The position numbers and the translations under genes are program-made. Shown here piece after piece: positions 11,281 to 23,577 of a stretch of 35,873 nt of DNA. Where the stretch lies: contig NW_021828060.1 in the NCBI RefSeq assembly GCF_006345805.1, forward strand, positions 1 through 35,873. The letters run 5' to 3'. The notes beneath the pieces were generated by a model, which worked only from the letters and a program-made list of their open reading frames with translations, was not told the DNA's origin and ran no database searches. This DNA is from Octopus sinensis (Eukaryota). Numbering within the stretch: position 1 is the stretch's first letter; each line of letters begins with the position of its first letter.

Positions 11281-11713
11281 AACAGATCAATTGCTAGTGC
11301 GTAACAGACCGGACCTAGTGGTCGTCGACAAGGTGCCCCACATATTCTACATAGTGTACGTTGCAAGCCCCATTAAACCACGAATAGTCAAGTAGGAAGC
11401 CGAAAAGATAGAAACAGCCCTCATAAACGCGAAATGGCCCGGCTATGGAAAGTGAAGAAGATGAAGAGAGTAGCAATTATTGTTGGGTCCTTAGGAACAG
11501 TATCAGAAAGGATCAAGGGGAATATAAAGGAAAAATTGGAAAGGAGTGCCCAGTAGAACTGTTAAAAAAGTTTTGTCTCTTTGGCACGGCGAGACTATTC
11601 AGGAAAGCATTAGATAGCTGAAAAGAACGAATAGCATGGTACCGTAGGCTGCAGGTAGTAAGCACGCTATGCATGCAAGATTCAAGGAGCTCCAACAAAA
11701 CCTGTGATAAAGA
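11281..11713 (+). mobile_element. R4/Dong-like non-LTR retrotransposon 3' fragment (restriction-like endonuclease domain), decayed, in (TAA)n
   Basis: Translates, with stops and shifts, as TDQLLVRNRPDLVVVDK..YIVYVASP..RIVK*EAEKIE / ARLWKVK..IIVGSLGTV / CPVELLKKFCLFGTARLFRKALDS* (stop at 11619-11621). This is the typical PD-(D/E)xK RLE C-terminus. AAT/AAC repeats lie on both sides. Confidence 0.85.
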
Positions 11714-11889
<176 letters not shown>

Positions 11890-12026
11890 TGAGATGGACT
11901 TGCATAGCAGGTGACTTGAGCTCGTGTGCTGAAACAAACAATTGCAGCTTGGAATATGTTTGTAAGCCATTCAAGAACACAAAAATAAAACCCCTTAGAT
12001 TCACTTCAACATTTCAATTTAATTCG

Positions 12027-12073
12027 TGTCAAAATATTTTCGTCGCTTTGAAACCGCAACTTGTTCACTGACA
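12027..12073 (-). ncRNA. Mirror copy of the G3:C8 hammerhead variant
   Basis: Minus strand TGTCA-GTGAACA-A-GTTGC(GGTTTCAAA)GCGAC-GAAA-ATAT-TT-TGACA. Confidence 0.55.
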
Positions 12074-12097
12074 AAACTTCTTGTTGCATCGAAGTTT

Positions 12098-12144
12098 TGT
12101 CAGTGAACAGGTCGCGGTTCCAAAGCGACGAAAATATTTTGACA
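12098..12144 (+). ncRNA. Minimal type I hammerhead variant with G3:C8 core
   Basis: TGTCA-GTGAACA-G-GTCGC(GGTTCCAAA)GCGAC-GAAA-ATAT-TT-TGACA. Confidence 0.6.
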
Positions 12145-12739
12145 CAAATTAAATTGAAATGTTGAAGTGAATCTGACAGTTTTTTTGTCTTTTGTGTGTG
12201 TTCTTAAATGGCTTATAAATATTTTCCAAACTTCAATAATAATAATATTAATGCGTTAACAGTCACATTTACACAAAGAGACAAAGATAAACTTGTATCA
12301 AGAACAATCTTAGTATGAGGTTCTGAAGTATGTGGTTACAATCCTTATTACTTTAAAACATATCGCTACCCCGATGTCATCTAAAAGGGTAGAGTTTATA
12401 AGCTCAGGCATTAATGTTAGCGGTGGATGAAAATTTTAAGTTTCTAACCGAGGAAATTTAGAGTACACTCTCCCTCTTTGGTTGATGCGTCGGCTGTACT
12501 CTGGTGCCTATGGTTCAGTAAACGTACACATACATACACACGTACATACACACATACATACACACATACATGCAAACACAGATACGCTTACTCACATAGT
12601 TATGTTGATAAATCTTTATGTTGCATACATTTGTGGAAATCCTCTCTCTCTCTCACTTCCTCTCTTTCTCGCACTCCCCCTTCCTTTCTCTCTCTTGCCC
12701 TATCTCTTTCTATATCTATATTTTTTCTCTCTGTCTCGT

Positions 12740-12768
12740 ATCTATCTATCTATCTATCTATCTATCTA

Positions 12769-12810
<42 letters not shown>

Positions 12811-12855
12811 GTGTCTGTCTGTCTATCTATCTATCTACCTACCTACCTACCTATC
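12740..12855. repeat. (TCTA)/(TCTG)/(CCTA) tetranucleotide array
   Basis: Visible tandem runs. Confidence 0.95.
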
Positions 12856-13682
12856 TCTCTGTATATCTGTCTACCGATATGCATATATATATATATGTGT
12901 GTGGGTGTGTGTGTATGTGTATGCGTGTGCTTGTGGGTGTTTGTGCGTGTGTGTGTGCGCGCGTGTGTGTATATGTGCATGTATGTATATGACCACCGTT
13001 ATTATCACAAACAGGCGTCTCCGAATTCACTTTATCATTCTCCCCACAAACCAGAAAGAAAGGATTTTCTCACGTACTCCATGTTTATATTAGCTGCACT
13101 GCAGTGTGGCTGACTCTGCTCTCTTTCTGCATTAATACATATATCATAAGCGTTCCCCTTTTTAAAAACAAAGTTTTATTTATTAACATACAAAGCCCTA
13201 TTGTACCTAACCTGGAAAGAAGAGTGCAACATAATTATATAACAACAGGGTTTATTACTAGGAATAAGCACTCATGTGTGTGTGTGTGTGTGTGTGCGTG
13301 TTTGCGTGTGTGTGTGCGTATGTGTGTGTGTGTGTGTGTGTGTATGTGTGTGTATGAGTGTGTTTCTGAGTTATTTGATCTCGTCTTTAGCTTATGGAGC
13401 AGCCATAAATTATCCACCGCCCTCTCTGTCTGCAGTGATGAAAATGCACATCACATGGTACTTCATAATTTAGAATTTGGTGAAAGATTTGAAAGACCAC
13501 CACAGAGGGTATTATGAGGGTTATATACACATGAGCACAGTAGTTTGTGATTTGGGGGAATGTACATGAATGCAGCCTTTAGGTTGATATGCCCTGCAGT
13601 GTTCGTTTATAAGAGGAACAACAGGGTCACATATTTTACGGACAGGGAGTATTTAATATTCTAAGGTCATCTGTATTTCATT

Positions 13683-14040
13683 CTTTATTTCTTTTACCTG
13701 TTTCAGTCAGTTGGCTGCGGCTATACTGAAGCACCGCGTAAGCTTAGCACTTATTCTATCGGTTTCCTTTAGCCGAACCACCACTAAGTGACGGGGGACG
13801 TAAACACAGCAACATCGGTTGTCAAGGGATGGTGGGGGATAAACACAGACACACACACACATACATACATATATGTACGATGAGCTTGTTTTAGTTTCCG
13901 TCTACCAAATCCATTCACAAGTCTTTGGTCGACCTGAGTCTATTGTAGAATGCATTCCCCCAAGGTGTCACGCAGTGGGACTGAACCCGAAACCATGTAG
14001 TTGTTAAGCAAGCTACTTACCACACAGCCACACCTGCGCC
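13683..14040 (-). mobile_element. Full-length tRNA-derived SINE with internal (CA)n
   Basis: Minus strand starts GGCGCAGGTGTGGCTGTGTGGTAAG (A box), has GGGTTCAGTCC (B-box-like) and ends with GCGGTGCTTCAGTATAGCCGCAGCC..GACTGAAAC. Confidence 0.9.
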
Positions 14041-14219
14041 TATTGTCACAAATATTATTGATTTCAGAAAGATGAGTCGTGAAAACAATCCTGGTGGAAT
14101 TCAATCTGATAACACAGAGAGATATAACACAATGAACAATTCTTTTTTTTTTTTTGGAAGCTGGTGCCAAAAGGAAATAATAGCAAAGAATGACCATGAG
14201 ATTGCACCAAGAAAGTTTC

Positions 14220-14500
14220 CCTCTGAGGTACTGGTCGGTGCAAGATTGTTAGTGTAAGACCAGCAATCGCCCATGCATACCAACCTCCCTTCTCCACGTC
14301 ACGGATATTATACAAGGGACAGGCAAAGGCCGATACAGCATGGCACAAGTTACATCACAACTCTTTTCTACAGCCGAGTGAACTGGAGCAATGTGAAATA
14401 GAGTATCTTGCTCAAGAACACAACACAGCCCGGTCCGGGAATCGAACTCACAACTTTACGATTGTGAACCTGATGTTCTAATGACTGAGCCATGCACCTT
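14220..14500 (-). mobile_element. tRNA-derived SINE (second family)
   Basis: Minus strand head GCATGGCTCAGTCATTAGAACATC..GAGTTCGATTCCCGG (A and B boxes), plus the core shared with 26146-26462. Confidence 0.8.
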
Positions 14501-14624
14501 GGCTCCTCGAAGGAAATACAGCTATAAATAATTGCATGTAGATATTAGATCGAACAAGATAGGAAAATTCGAAAACTACCTGTAGAACCGGTATCATATG
14601 AACACATGAGGTAAAAAAATGTCG

Positions 14625-14965
14625 CTTTGCAACCACCTGTTTTCCGGTTCACTCCCGCTGCGTGGCATCTTGGGTAAGTGTTTTCTATTATACAAGGTCC
14701 GAATGCAATCAACACCCTGTGATTGAATTTGTTATGCGGAAACTGTATAGAGGCCCGTCAAATATATTTGGGTGTATTAGTTTGTGTTTTCATGTTTGCG
14801 TTTGTCCACAACCAACACTTGTCGACCGCTTAACGTTTTAGTGAAAGAACCAATAGAGTTTACATCAGACTCAAAGTTAAGATCTGAGTAAAATAGTTCG
14901 ATTAAAACCCTTCAGGGGCAGTATCGCTGCATAACCGCCGCCTAACGAGTAAAAGAAATAGAAAT
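14625..14965 (+). mobile_element. Decayed SINE (21770 family)
   Basis: CCGGTTCACTCCCGCTGCGTGGCATCTTGGGTAAGTGTTTTCTA.., GGAAACTG..GCCCGTC, and a tail-like end near 14900-14965. Confidence 0.6.
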
Positions 14966-15214
14966 AAAGTTCCGATGAAATCGTACATTCATTAAAGATC
15001 TCACAAAACGCGACCGTACGGACTGGCAGAATAATGCATGCTGGAAGCGTGATCACAAACATCGTCCATTGACATAGATTTTCCAATTCACTTGTTACCT
15101 TGCATCATCAAAAGAACAAAAGCCTGTGGTTAAAAATTCACACAGACAAGCAAACACACACGCACAAACACATACACATACATACTTACACATACATACG
15201 TTTTCCTTTGTCCT

Positions 15215-15750
15215 TTTATTCTTTTAATTGTTTCAGTTATTTGATTGCTGCCTTTATTCGAAGATATCAGCCAGAAGAATCTTTGTTTGTTAGCCTAGGA
15301 CTAATTCTTTCGGTCTCTTTTGCCGAACCACTAAGTTACGGAGACGTATACACACTTGACAACATTAGTTGTCAAGTGACACAAATACATACACACACAC
15401 ACACATATGTATATATATCTATATTACTAATAAGAAAATAGAGAAACAAATTGGTTTATCAGCTTTAAGATATTAGAATGTTGACTTATTTATTTAACAA
15501 AACGAGAACCATAATAACATATATATACATTAAAATTCAATACATATAAGATAAGAATACAATTTAAGAAAAACCTTAATATATATATATATATATATGA
15601 TGGGCTTCATTCAGTTTCCATCTACCAAAGCCACTTACAAGGCTTTTGTCAGCCCAAGGCTGTAGTAGAAAACAATTGTCCAAGTTACCACGCAGTAGAC
15701 TGAACCGGAACCATGTTTTGGGAAGCACGCTTTCTATCACAAAGCCACTC
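15215..15750 (-). mobile_element. SINE (21770 family) split by about 200 nt of microsatellite/AT-rich sequence
   Basis: 3' half at 15215-15385 (TTTGCCGAACCACTAAGTTACGG) and 5' half at 15595-15750 (CAGTTTCCATCTACCAAA..ACTGAACCGGAACCATG). Confidence 0.7.
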
Positions 15751-16143
15751 CGGCGATCGGTGTAGAAGGAGTATGCATCTTAAATATAACAGAACCCCTT
15801 TTTTGGGAATACAAATCGTCATGCTATACTAGTATAAGCATGTATTGTAAATATTCTAACATCGGCACGATCTTTTATTTCCAAATCCTGTTGCAAATCA
15901 CTTAGGAAATGTTTGTTCCTCAAAAGACCTCTTGACGTGTAAATCGACCTATCTCTCATTTGGCTGCAAAATTTGGTCGGAAAACGTTCGACTTATATAT
16001 TGAAAAATGCAGTAAAAGGTACTTTTGCAAATAATTGTCCATCAAACGAAAACTGAAAACGTAATTTGATGCTTTCTCTAGCAATAGCTATCTAAATGAA
16101 TTATTGAAATATAATAATAATGATAATAATGATGATGATGATC

Positions 16144-16199
<56 letters not shown>

Positions 16200-16644
16200 G
16201 GCTCATTATGTATTCCAGCGTTACTTCTTGGTGACTCAGATGGAATCTTATAATTTTTGAAGAAAATTGCAAACTATCAAATTAAAACAATTAACAACGA
16301 AATTTTTGTCAAGGCAAAACAGAATTTAAATTTATATATTAATGAATTTGTAAATGAGAAGGAAAGTATTTTAATTTAATTATAAGCGTTAATGTGTTTT
16401 TATTACGTTAGTGTGGTAAGAAACGAAGGGTATTTTTTAAAAAAATACAATAGTGTAAACGGAGAAATAATTTACTAGATGGGGTTGAAGGTGCTTTGCA
16501 GTTATTGGGAATGCGGTTATTAAGTCTGAGGTGTTTTTCGTATTAGCCGCATTAAATTTCTTCTTAACGTTCCCTCGATGATAAAGATTATAATGCTGGT
16601 GTTTCCATTCGTAAAAATTGTTACTCATATACTAATATACCCTT

Positions 16645-17000
16645 TCTATTGGAGGCGCAAGGCTTCATATTTGTGGGAAGGTAACAATCGATTACATCGA
16701 CCCCAGTGCGTATCTGGTACTTAATTTATCGATTCTGAAAGGATAAAGGGCAAAGTCAACCCCGGTAGAATTTGAACTCAGAACGTAGCGGCTGACGAAA
16801 TACCGCTGAGCATTTCGCCCGGCGTGCTAACGATTCTACCAGCTCGCCGCCTTTACTCATATGCTAATTAATACAATTTCCGACAGGATGAAAAGCAAAT
16901 TCGATCTCGGCGGAATTTGAACTCAGATCATATAGACGGACAAAATGCCGCTAAGCATTTCGCCGGGTCTGCTATCGATTCTGCCAGTTCATCGCCTTTC
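16645..17000 (-). mobile_element. Two tandem copies of a short tRNA-derived SINE
   Basis: Minus strand AGGCGGCGAGCTGGTAGAATCGTTAGCACGCCGG..GAGTTCAAATTC at 16645-16855, with a second partial copy at 16885-17000. Confidence 0.85.
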
Positions 17001-17811
17001 TCCTAGCTATTATAATAAGAACAGAACACATCAGGTAATTACCTGCAAAAAAAATGCAGCGTGATCATGAATTAAATACAATTGTGTGACCTAGGGTTAA
17101 ACGAAATCAACAACAACAACAACATTAAAAGTAACAACTCTAACAACAATACGATTGATTCTATAAAACAGTTTACAGTAACAGAACAAAAGCTGTTCGT
17201 ATCGAAAACGTAAATATTCTACAGGAATCCGTTAGCTCGGAATCAGATTTTATGTTTTAATACGATTGCAGACATTAATATGATTCTGTAAACGCATTAA
17301 AGATCAGTCGAGGACTAATAATGTTGTCAGAGACAGTTTTAATTTTGGCTACACCATCATCAGCGATCTAGTGAAAACACGAGGTGAAGACTTACGTGAG
17401 GGCATGGAAAACGCCATCAAAAAGATTCATGCGCCTATGGAGTTTAGCGGTACAACGTTTCGTAACTCGTATCTATTCGACAAAACCGATTACATGTGTC
17501 TGTATTAATGTATATATGTATGTATATGTATAATAATATATATATATATATATATAATATATATATAATATATATATATATATATTATACAAGTATGTAT
17601 GCATCAAAATCTATCTATCTAATATATATATATACATACTATATACATTCATATATACACATTCATATATTTGCATATACATACATACATATATATACAC
17701 ATTCATGTATTGCATATGCATATATATAAGAACTTATATTTATATATATAATAAACGAAGGAAGAATGATATGTATACACATATATATATATTAGACTTA
17801 TATATATATAT

Positions 17812-17882
<71 letters not shown>

Positions 17883-18045
17883 CTTATATTTAAATACATA
17901 CACATACTCACACATATATTTGCGTGTATGGAAGTCAGCAGTAAGAGAAATATCGAAGCATTAAAAGAAAATAAGCAGAAAATTGACAGAAACAAAATCA
18001 AAAATACGAACTGACAACAACAACAACAACAGCAACTACAATAAC

Positions 18046-18086
<41 letters not shown>

Positions 18087-18661
18087 CGTCGTCGATCTAA
18101 TTGTTGAGGGTTATGGAGGATACCGTCTGACAAGATTTGCGATAGGAAGCAAGCAGCAGATAGCTTTTGGAAATAAGTTTGAGAACATTTGCAGCTGCCG
18201 CCATCATAAAATATTTAGGTCGTAGCAGATATATAAATAAGGAAACTACGAAAAGTTTTAAGACATCAAACTGTATTATCTTCTTTAGAGAGTGAAATTG
18301 ATGGTCTACGTAGGGAAACCAGACACCTTAAACCCCGCCTATATAGGTATGTGTGTGCGAATGTATATGTATGTGTGTATACATATGTGTGTGTATGTTT
18401 GTGCGTGTATCTGTAGGTTTTCGTGAGTGCGTTTACCTATACATATGCCATCACACACTGGAATATATATATATATATATATATTCATATGTGTATCTAT
18501 ATACCATTACATGCGCACATATATTCATCCATATATAGATATATATATGTATATATATATATATATATATACAATATATATATTATATATATATATATAT
18601 ATACATGCATAAATATAGATATATATAGATATATATACACATGTATACATAAACACACACT

Positions 18662-18694
<33 letters not shown>

Positions 18695-18839
18695 GGTTAA
18701 GCACGAGCTTGGCATATCTGCTACATCATTAAAAGAAACAAATGTGTGTGTGTGTTGTGTGTGGGTGTGTCTATATATATATTTATATACAGATACATAT
18801 ATATATATATGTATATATACATATACAAATATATATATG

Positions 18840-18887
<48 letters not shown>

Positions 18888-19799
18888 CTTACACACGCGC
18901 ACATACACCCCCCCACACAAACACATGTATATATATATATATGTATACATGCATATATGTGTTTGTGTGTGTGCGCGTGTATATGTGTGCGTATGTGTAT
19001 GCGTGTGCTTATATATTGCCAGATGTCTAATGCTTTGAAATGAACTTATTACACCCAAACTCATGATTTAAGCGATAAAATGAAATTCCATCTATTGAAA
19101 CGATACAGAATATGGCGATCGTAACCACTCGAAGTTTTACCTCTAGCTTTCTAAGGGTTATAATTACATATGTATAATAGGTCATAAAATCACAGCAATA
19201 AATTTTTTTTTTTCGAAAACACTTTTAAACTTTTTTGTTGTTCGTCTATATTTGTAGAATTATTGCAAATAATAGAATATGATGTGTTTGGAAATACCGT
19301 ATTTGCGAAATATGTATAGTTTAGCATTCTGTGAAGGTGTTTCATTTTCCGAAGTTCTTGAACTACACGTTACTAAATTGCAGTGTGTTCTTTGGTAAAA
19401 CAGAGATTTTTGATACATAAATGATGATCGTGTGCTGTAAATGGATAAAATTCTTTATTCTTGATTTGCGTTTACATGCTCTTCTGTTTGGTCTCACTGT
19501 GTAAAATCTTGAGTAAGTAGTTTCTTGTATAGCTTTGGACTAACAGATGTCTTTTAAATTCAGGAAGGTATGTGGAAGCTCATTCTATATTATTGTATAT
19601 TCCGGCAGGCAAATTTAAATTTTCAAACCAAAATTAAACTGCCGAATAAAGTAGGTCGACCCATACACTAAGACGATTTTGGTGAACTAAAAATTCCATG
19701 TGAAATGCAGCCGGAGCTAAAAAGATGGTAACAGTGTTTGATTGCTTGAATTACATGATGGCACTATAGGACACGTCGACATTTTTGCCAGAAAATACG

Positions 19800-19832
<33 letters not shown>

Positions 19833-20719
19833 TGTATGTGTGTGTGTGTGTGTGTGTGTGTCTGTGTGTGTGTCTTTGTTTTATTTTTTGTCTCAAAACA
19901 AATCGCTTGACAGTTGGTGCTGGTTTGTGCCTTATGAATAAAATAAGTGCCAAAATTAAATATACGTACATGGGATCAATTTTTCGATTTAACCATTGAA
20001 TGTGGTAACCCAATATGGCCCCAGTCTGCTGAGTGAAAGAAGTAATAGTCATATGATGACGTAATTGCATGTTCTAACGTAGTGAGAGCTTATTAACAAA
20101 TCTCTGAGTAACAAAGTATGTGAATTATACGGAGTTACAAAATATGAATGTATTAATTAGCTTCTGAGAATAGCATTTTACTATAAGAAAACTCGACATT
20201 TTATGACTGGCGAATCTGTGGGAGACAGGTTTCTGGTGTTAGAAAAGTATCTCGAATTTCAAGAGAAACCTTATGACAAATAAGACTGACTTCTTTATAC
20301 TCAAAGTGTAACTGAAGAATAAAAGACTGCCAGCTGTACCATTTATTGAAATAGTGATCATATAATTGTATTACCCCATGGTGATAGATAGATAGACAGA
20401 GAGACAGATAGATAGATAGATAGATAGATAGACAAATAGCTTGGCATCCACTATAAAGCACTGTATAAGCTATAATTGTACGAAAGATAGGGTATAAATA
20501 CAATCGGCATAAATTATGCATACGTACACAGATACACATGCACACACACACACAACATACATACAAACGCACAAAGAAACAAATACGTCTCTCTTTCTCT
20601 CTCATTCTTTAGCTCTCTCTCTATATATGTGTGTGTGTGTTTATATATATATGCATATATATATATATATGAATAAATGAAAGAACGGAGTCGAACGAAG
20701 ATGTTAACAAAATTCCTTT

Positions 20720-20806
20720 AATCTTGACACACGTTTCGAAGACAGCATACTTTTATTCCGAAGGAATAAAGGGTGCATTATGCAATCTTCTCATCAGGAA
20801 AGATAA
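20720..20806 (-). ncRNA. Mirror-copy hammerhead
   Basis: Minus strand CTTTC-CTGATGA-GAAGA..TCTTC-GAAA-C(GTGT)G-TC-AAGAT. Stem II is perfect and the first stem I pair is mismatched. Confidence 0.7.
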
Positions 20807-20972
20807 GGAGCCACTCTCAGCCACAAGACGAACAAAAAATTTTGAAGATTGCCTACATGGTGACCACAGTGGTCACCATGTAGGCAATCTTCAAAATGGT
20901 GACCACAGTGGTCACCATGTAGGCAATCTTCAACATTTTTTGTTCGTCTTGTGGCTGAGAGTGGCTCCTTAT

Positions 20973-21054
20973 CTTTCCTGATGAGAAGATTGCATAATGC
21001 ACCCTTTATTCCTTCGGAATAAAAGTATGCTGTCTCCGAAACATGTGTCGAGAG
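20973..21054 (+). ncRNA. Type I hammerhead ribozyme with long branched stem II
   Basis: CTTTC-CTGATGA-GAAGA..TCTCC-GAAA-C(ATGT)G-TC-GAGAG. The inner hairpin is TTTATTCC(TTC)GGAATAAA. Confidence 0.75.
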
Positions 21055-21267
21055 TAAAGGAATTTTGTTAACATCTTCGTTCGACTCCATTCTTTCATTT
21101 ATTCATATAAAAAACACACAAATTTCCACACAAGAACCCGGAGTTTCTACCCTTGACAGGTCGCTTCAACAGTGTTTTCCGACGTGAATTTGCTACCCAG
21201 GCATCGGTTAAACGAATTTTCCATGCTAGGATAATTTATTCACCTACTTAAATATATATATATATAT

Positions 21268-21300
21268 ATGGCCACAGCTCGTGAGCTGAAACTAGAATCA

Positions 21301-21303
<3 letters not shown>
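21268..21303 (+). mobile_element. Ultra-short CR1-type LINE 3' tail in (TA)n
   Basis: ATGGCCACAGCTCGTGAGCTGAAACTAGAATCAATC matches the tail of 23578-24316. TA repeats on both sides. Confidence 0.65.
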
Positions 21304-21355
<52 letters not shown>

Positions 21356-21769
21356 CATCTGCATACACACACTTATATATACATACATATACATATTTAG
21401 ATATGTATACATATGTTTAATATATGTACACACACACACACATATATATTGTTGAAAATCCACATGGCATGGGATTTTTTCTCTTCTTTGTAATTTTAAA
21501 CCTATCCAACCTTCAAATTGTGCATACAGATTTCGGGTATAGAGCTGGCCTAATCGTTAGAGCATCAGGATATAAAGAGGGTTTACAGTAAATTTGCCGC
21601 CTTTTCTCGTTCTAATGTCTAATCCTGCTGAGGTCAATGAAGAAAGTAACAGTCTTGTACTCGACTTGATTTTGTCGTCTAAACTTCACTTAAAATTGCA
21701 GTTCGTGTGTCTATATTAACCCTTTCACTAAATTTTACGGTTATTCTAGTAATAATGTAGAATTTTATT

Positions 21770-22142
21770 TATTTATTTCAGTCTTTTGACTGTGGCCATG
21801 CTGGAGCACCGCCTTCAGTCGAGCAAATCGACCCCAGGACTTATTCTTTGTAAGCCTAGTACTTATTCTATCGGTCTGTTTTGCCGAACCGCTGAGTTAC
21901 GGGGATGTAAACACACCAGCATCGGTTGTCAAGCGATGTTGGGGAGACAAACACAGACACACACATACATATATAAATATAGATATATACGACGGGCTTC
22001 TTTCAGTTTCCGTCTACCAAATCCACTCACAAGGCTTTTGTTGGCCCGAGGCTATAGTAGAAGACACTTGCCCAAGGTGCCATGCAGTGGGACTGAACCC
22101 GACCCATGTGGTTGGTAAGCAAGCGACTTAGCACACAGCCAC
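21770..22142 (-). mobile_element. Full-length tRNA-derived SINE
   Basis: Minus strand GTGGCTGTGTGCTAAG..GGGTTCAGTCCCACTGCATGGCACCTTGGG, internal CA/TA tract, tail AAGGCGGTGCTCCAGCATGGCCACAGTCAAAAGACTGAAATAAAT. Confidence 0.92.
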
Positions 22143-22400
22143 GTCTACCAAAATATAGAATTGGTATTTTCTGCAAGTTAACTTGCCTCAAGTAGTCAGA
22201 CACATCTCCACAAAAGCGAGATAGTTGTGTAATAATGCTTTCCGCAGTTAAAGATAACGACATTTTTAGTGAATAAATCAGATTTCCTCAGTAAAAGATA
22301 AAACAAAAATTATTTACGCTTGTAATGAAACAATAGGTCGTCCTTCAAAAGTAAATCAATTTTTCGATTGTACTTTCGATTGTACTTATCTTCCTATACA

Positions 22401-22440
<40 letters not shown>

Positions 22441-22484
22441 GATAAATCTCAGAGTGAGTTATAAACAGTAGCGGTAACACATCG

Positions 22485-22795
22485 TGACGCATATTTGCCA
22501 TTTGAATATGGCTAACCCCTAAGGGTGGATGCTACTGTAGTTTGTAGCCCCAGGAAGATATCTCCTGAAGATACCAACCATGATTGTCACACGCTGATGA
22601 AAGGTAAACACCTTGGAACTCGGGTCAGTGTGTATCATGAGTTGAAGACGGGGAGGATGACTCCCCTTCACAAATACTGAGAGGACACAGATAGTGTGTC
22701 TATAGCCAGCTGGAGGAGATATCTTCCTGGAACTACAAACTACAGTAGCATCCACCCTTAGGGGTTAGCCATATTCAAATGGCAAATATGCGTCA
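22485..22795. mobile_element. Element with about 80-bp terminal inverted repeats enclosing a hammerhead-like motif and two hairpins
   Basis: 22485-22564 mirrors 22716-22795 with about 2 mismatches. Confidence 0.85.
22588..22632 (+). ncRNA. Degenerate type I hammerhead
   Basis: CACAC-G-CTGATGA-AAGG(TAAACA)CCTT-GGAA-C(TCGG)G-TC-A-GTGTG. A13 is replaced by G and the first stem I pair is mismatched. Confidence 0.6.
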
Positions 22796-23094
22796 TTATA
22801 TATATATATATATATATATATAAGTATGCATTTGTGTATGCATGCGCGAGCGTGTTGTGTGTGTGTGTGTACACACAATTATATAAATATATATTTTCAT
22901 CTTAAATTATATAAACAATTTTACATTAATCTGATGGGTTACTCTTCTACTATTGTAGAGTACGAATTTATTATTCTTAAACAAGAATATTATTGAGAAG
23001 TGACATCGAAGTTCCGGCTAATTAAACAATCGCCGATTGCAGTCAAAACAAATAACAACATTCTTGTTTAAGAGTAATATATATACATACATAT

Positions 23095-23134
<40 letters not shown>

Positions 23135-23231
23135 CTACATATATATATACATACATACATATACATATATACATATATATATGTATTATATATATATATG
23201 TACATATACATATATACATATATATATATAT

Positions 23232-23271
<40 letters not shown>

Positions 23272-23577
23272 TATATATATTATATATATATATATAATAT
23301 ATATATATATAATATAATTATATTATATATATATATAGGTGTGTGTGTGTGTGTGTGTATAGAGGGAGAGAGAGAGCAATTCCATAGGTGGAACTCATCA
23401 ACTTTTAGATATTATATTATGTCAATTTGTTTATTTATTTACTAAAATGACAATTACAACAATATACATTCATGTATAACATATTATGCTTTACATTTAT
23501 AATATATAAAGGTACCAGTAATTATTAAAATATATAACATACAGGAATAGAAATATATATAAATATATATATTTTTT

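Larger units (their letters stand above)
11941..12236. mobile_element. Inverted-repeat (palindromic) element, arms about 140 nt, centre near 12085, each arm with a hammerhead-like fold
   Basis: 11997-12080 mirrors 12091-12175 with few mismatches. The outer arm TTGCAGCTTGGAATATGTTTGTAAGCCATTCAAGAACAC mirrors 12198-12236. Confidence 0.85.
20667..21108. mobile_element. About 440-bp palindromic element with a hammerhead in each arm
   Basis: Arms of about 200 nt are reverse complements with only a handful of mismatches. The centre is itself a palindrome with a 38-nt tandem duplication. Confidence 0.9.

Noticed and set aside
17340-17375. Minus-strand CTGATGA, plus similar hits at 33724-33730 (minus) and 34216 (plus)
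   Set aside because: No correctly placed GAAA or closing stems, so isolated heptamers expected by chance.
20860-20935. CRISPR-like repeated palindromic unit
   Set aside because: Only two copies, no unique spacers, eukaryotic context and no cas genes.
20724-21090. Mirror ORFs MTHVSKTAY../MESNEDV..
   Set aside because: By-products of the palindrome, with no coding features.
23090-23340. Phase-shifted TA arrays (TATAA/TATTA interruptions) as a possible higher-order code
   Set aside because: No regular period. Consistent with slippage or sequencing error in long TA runs.
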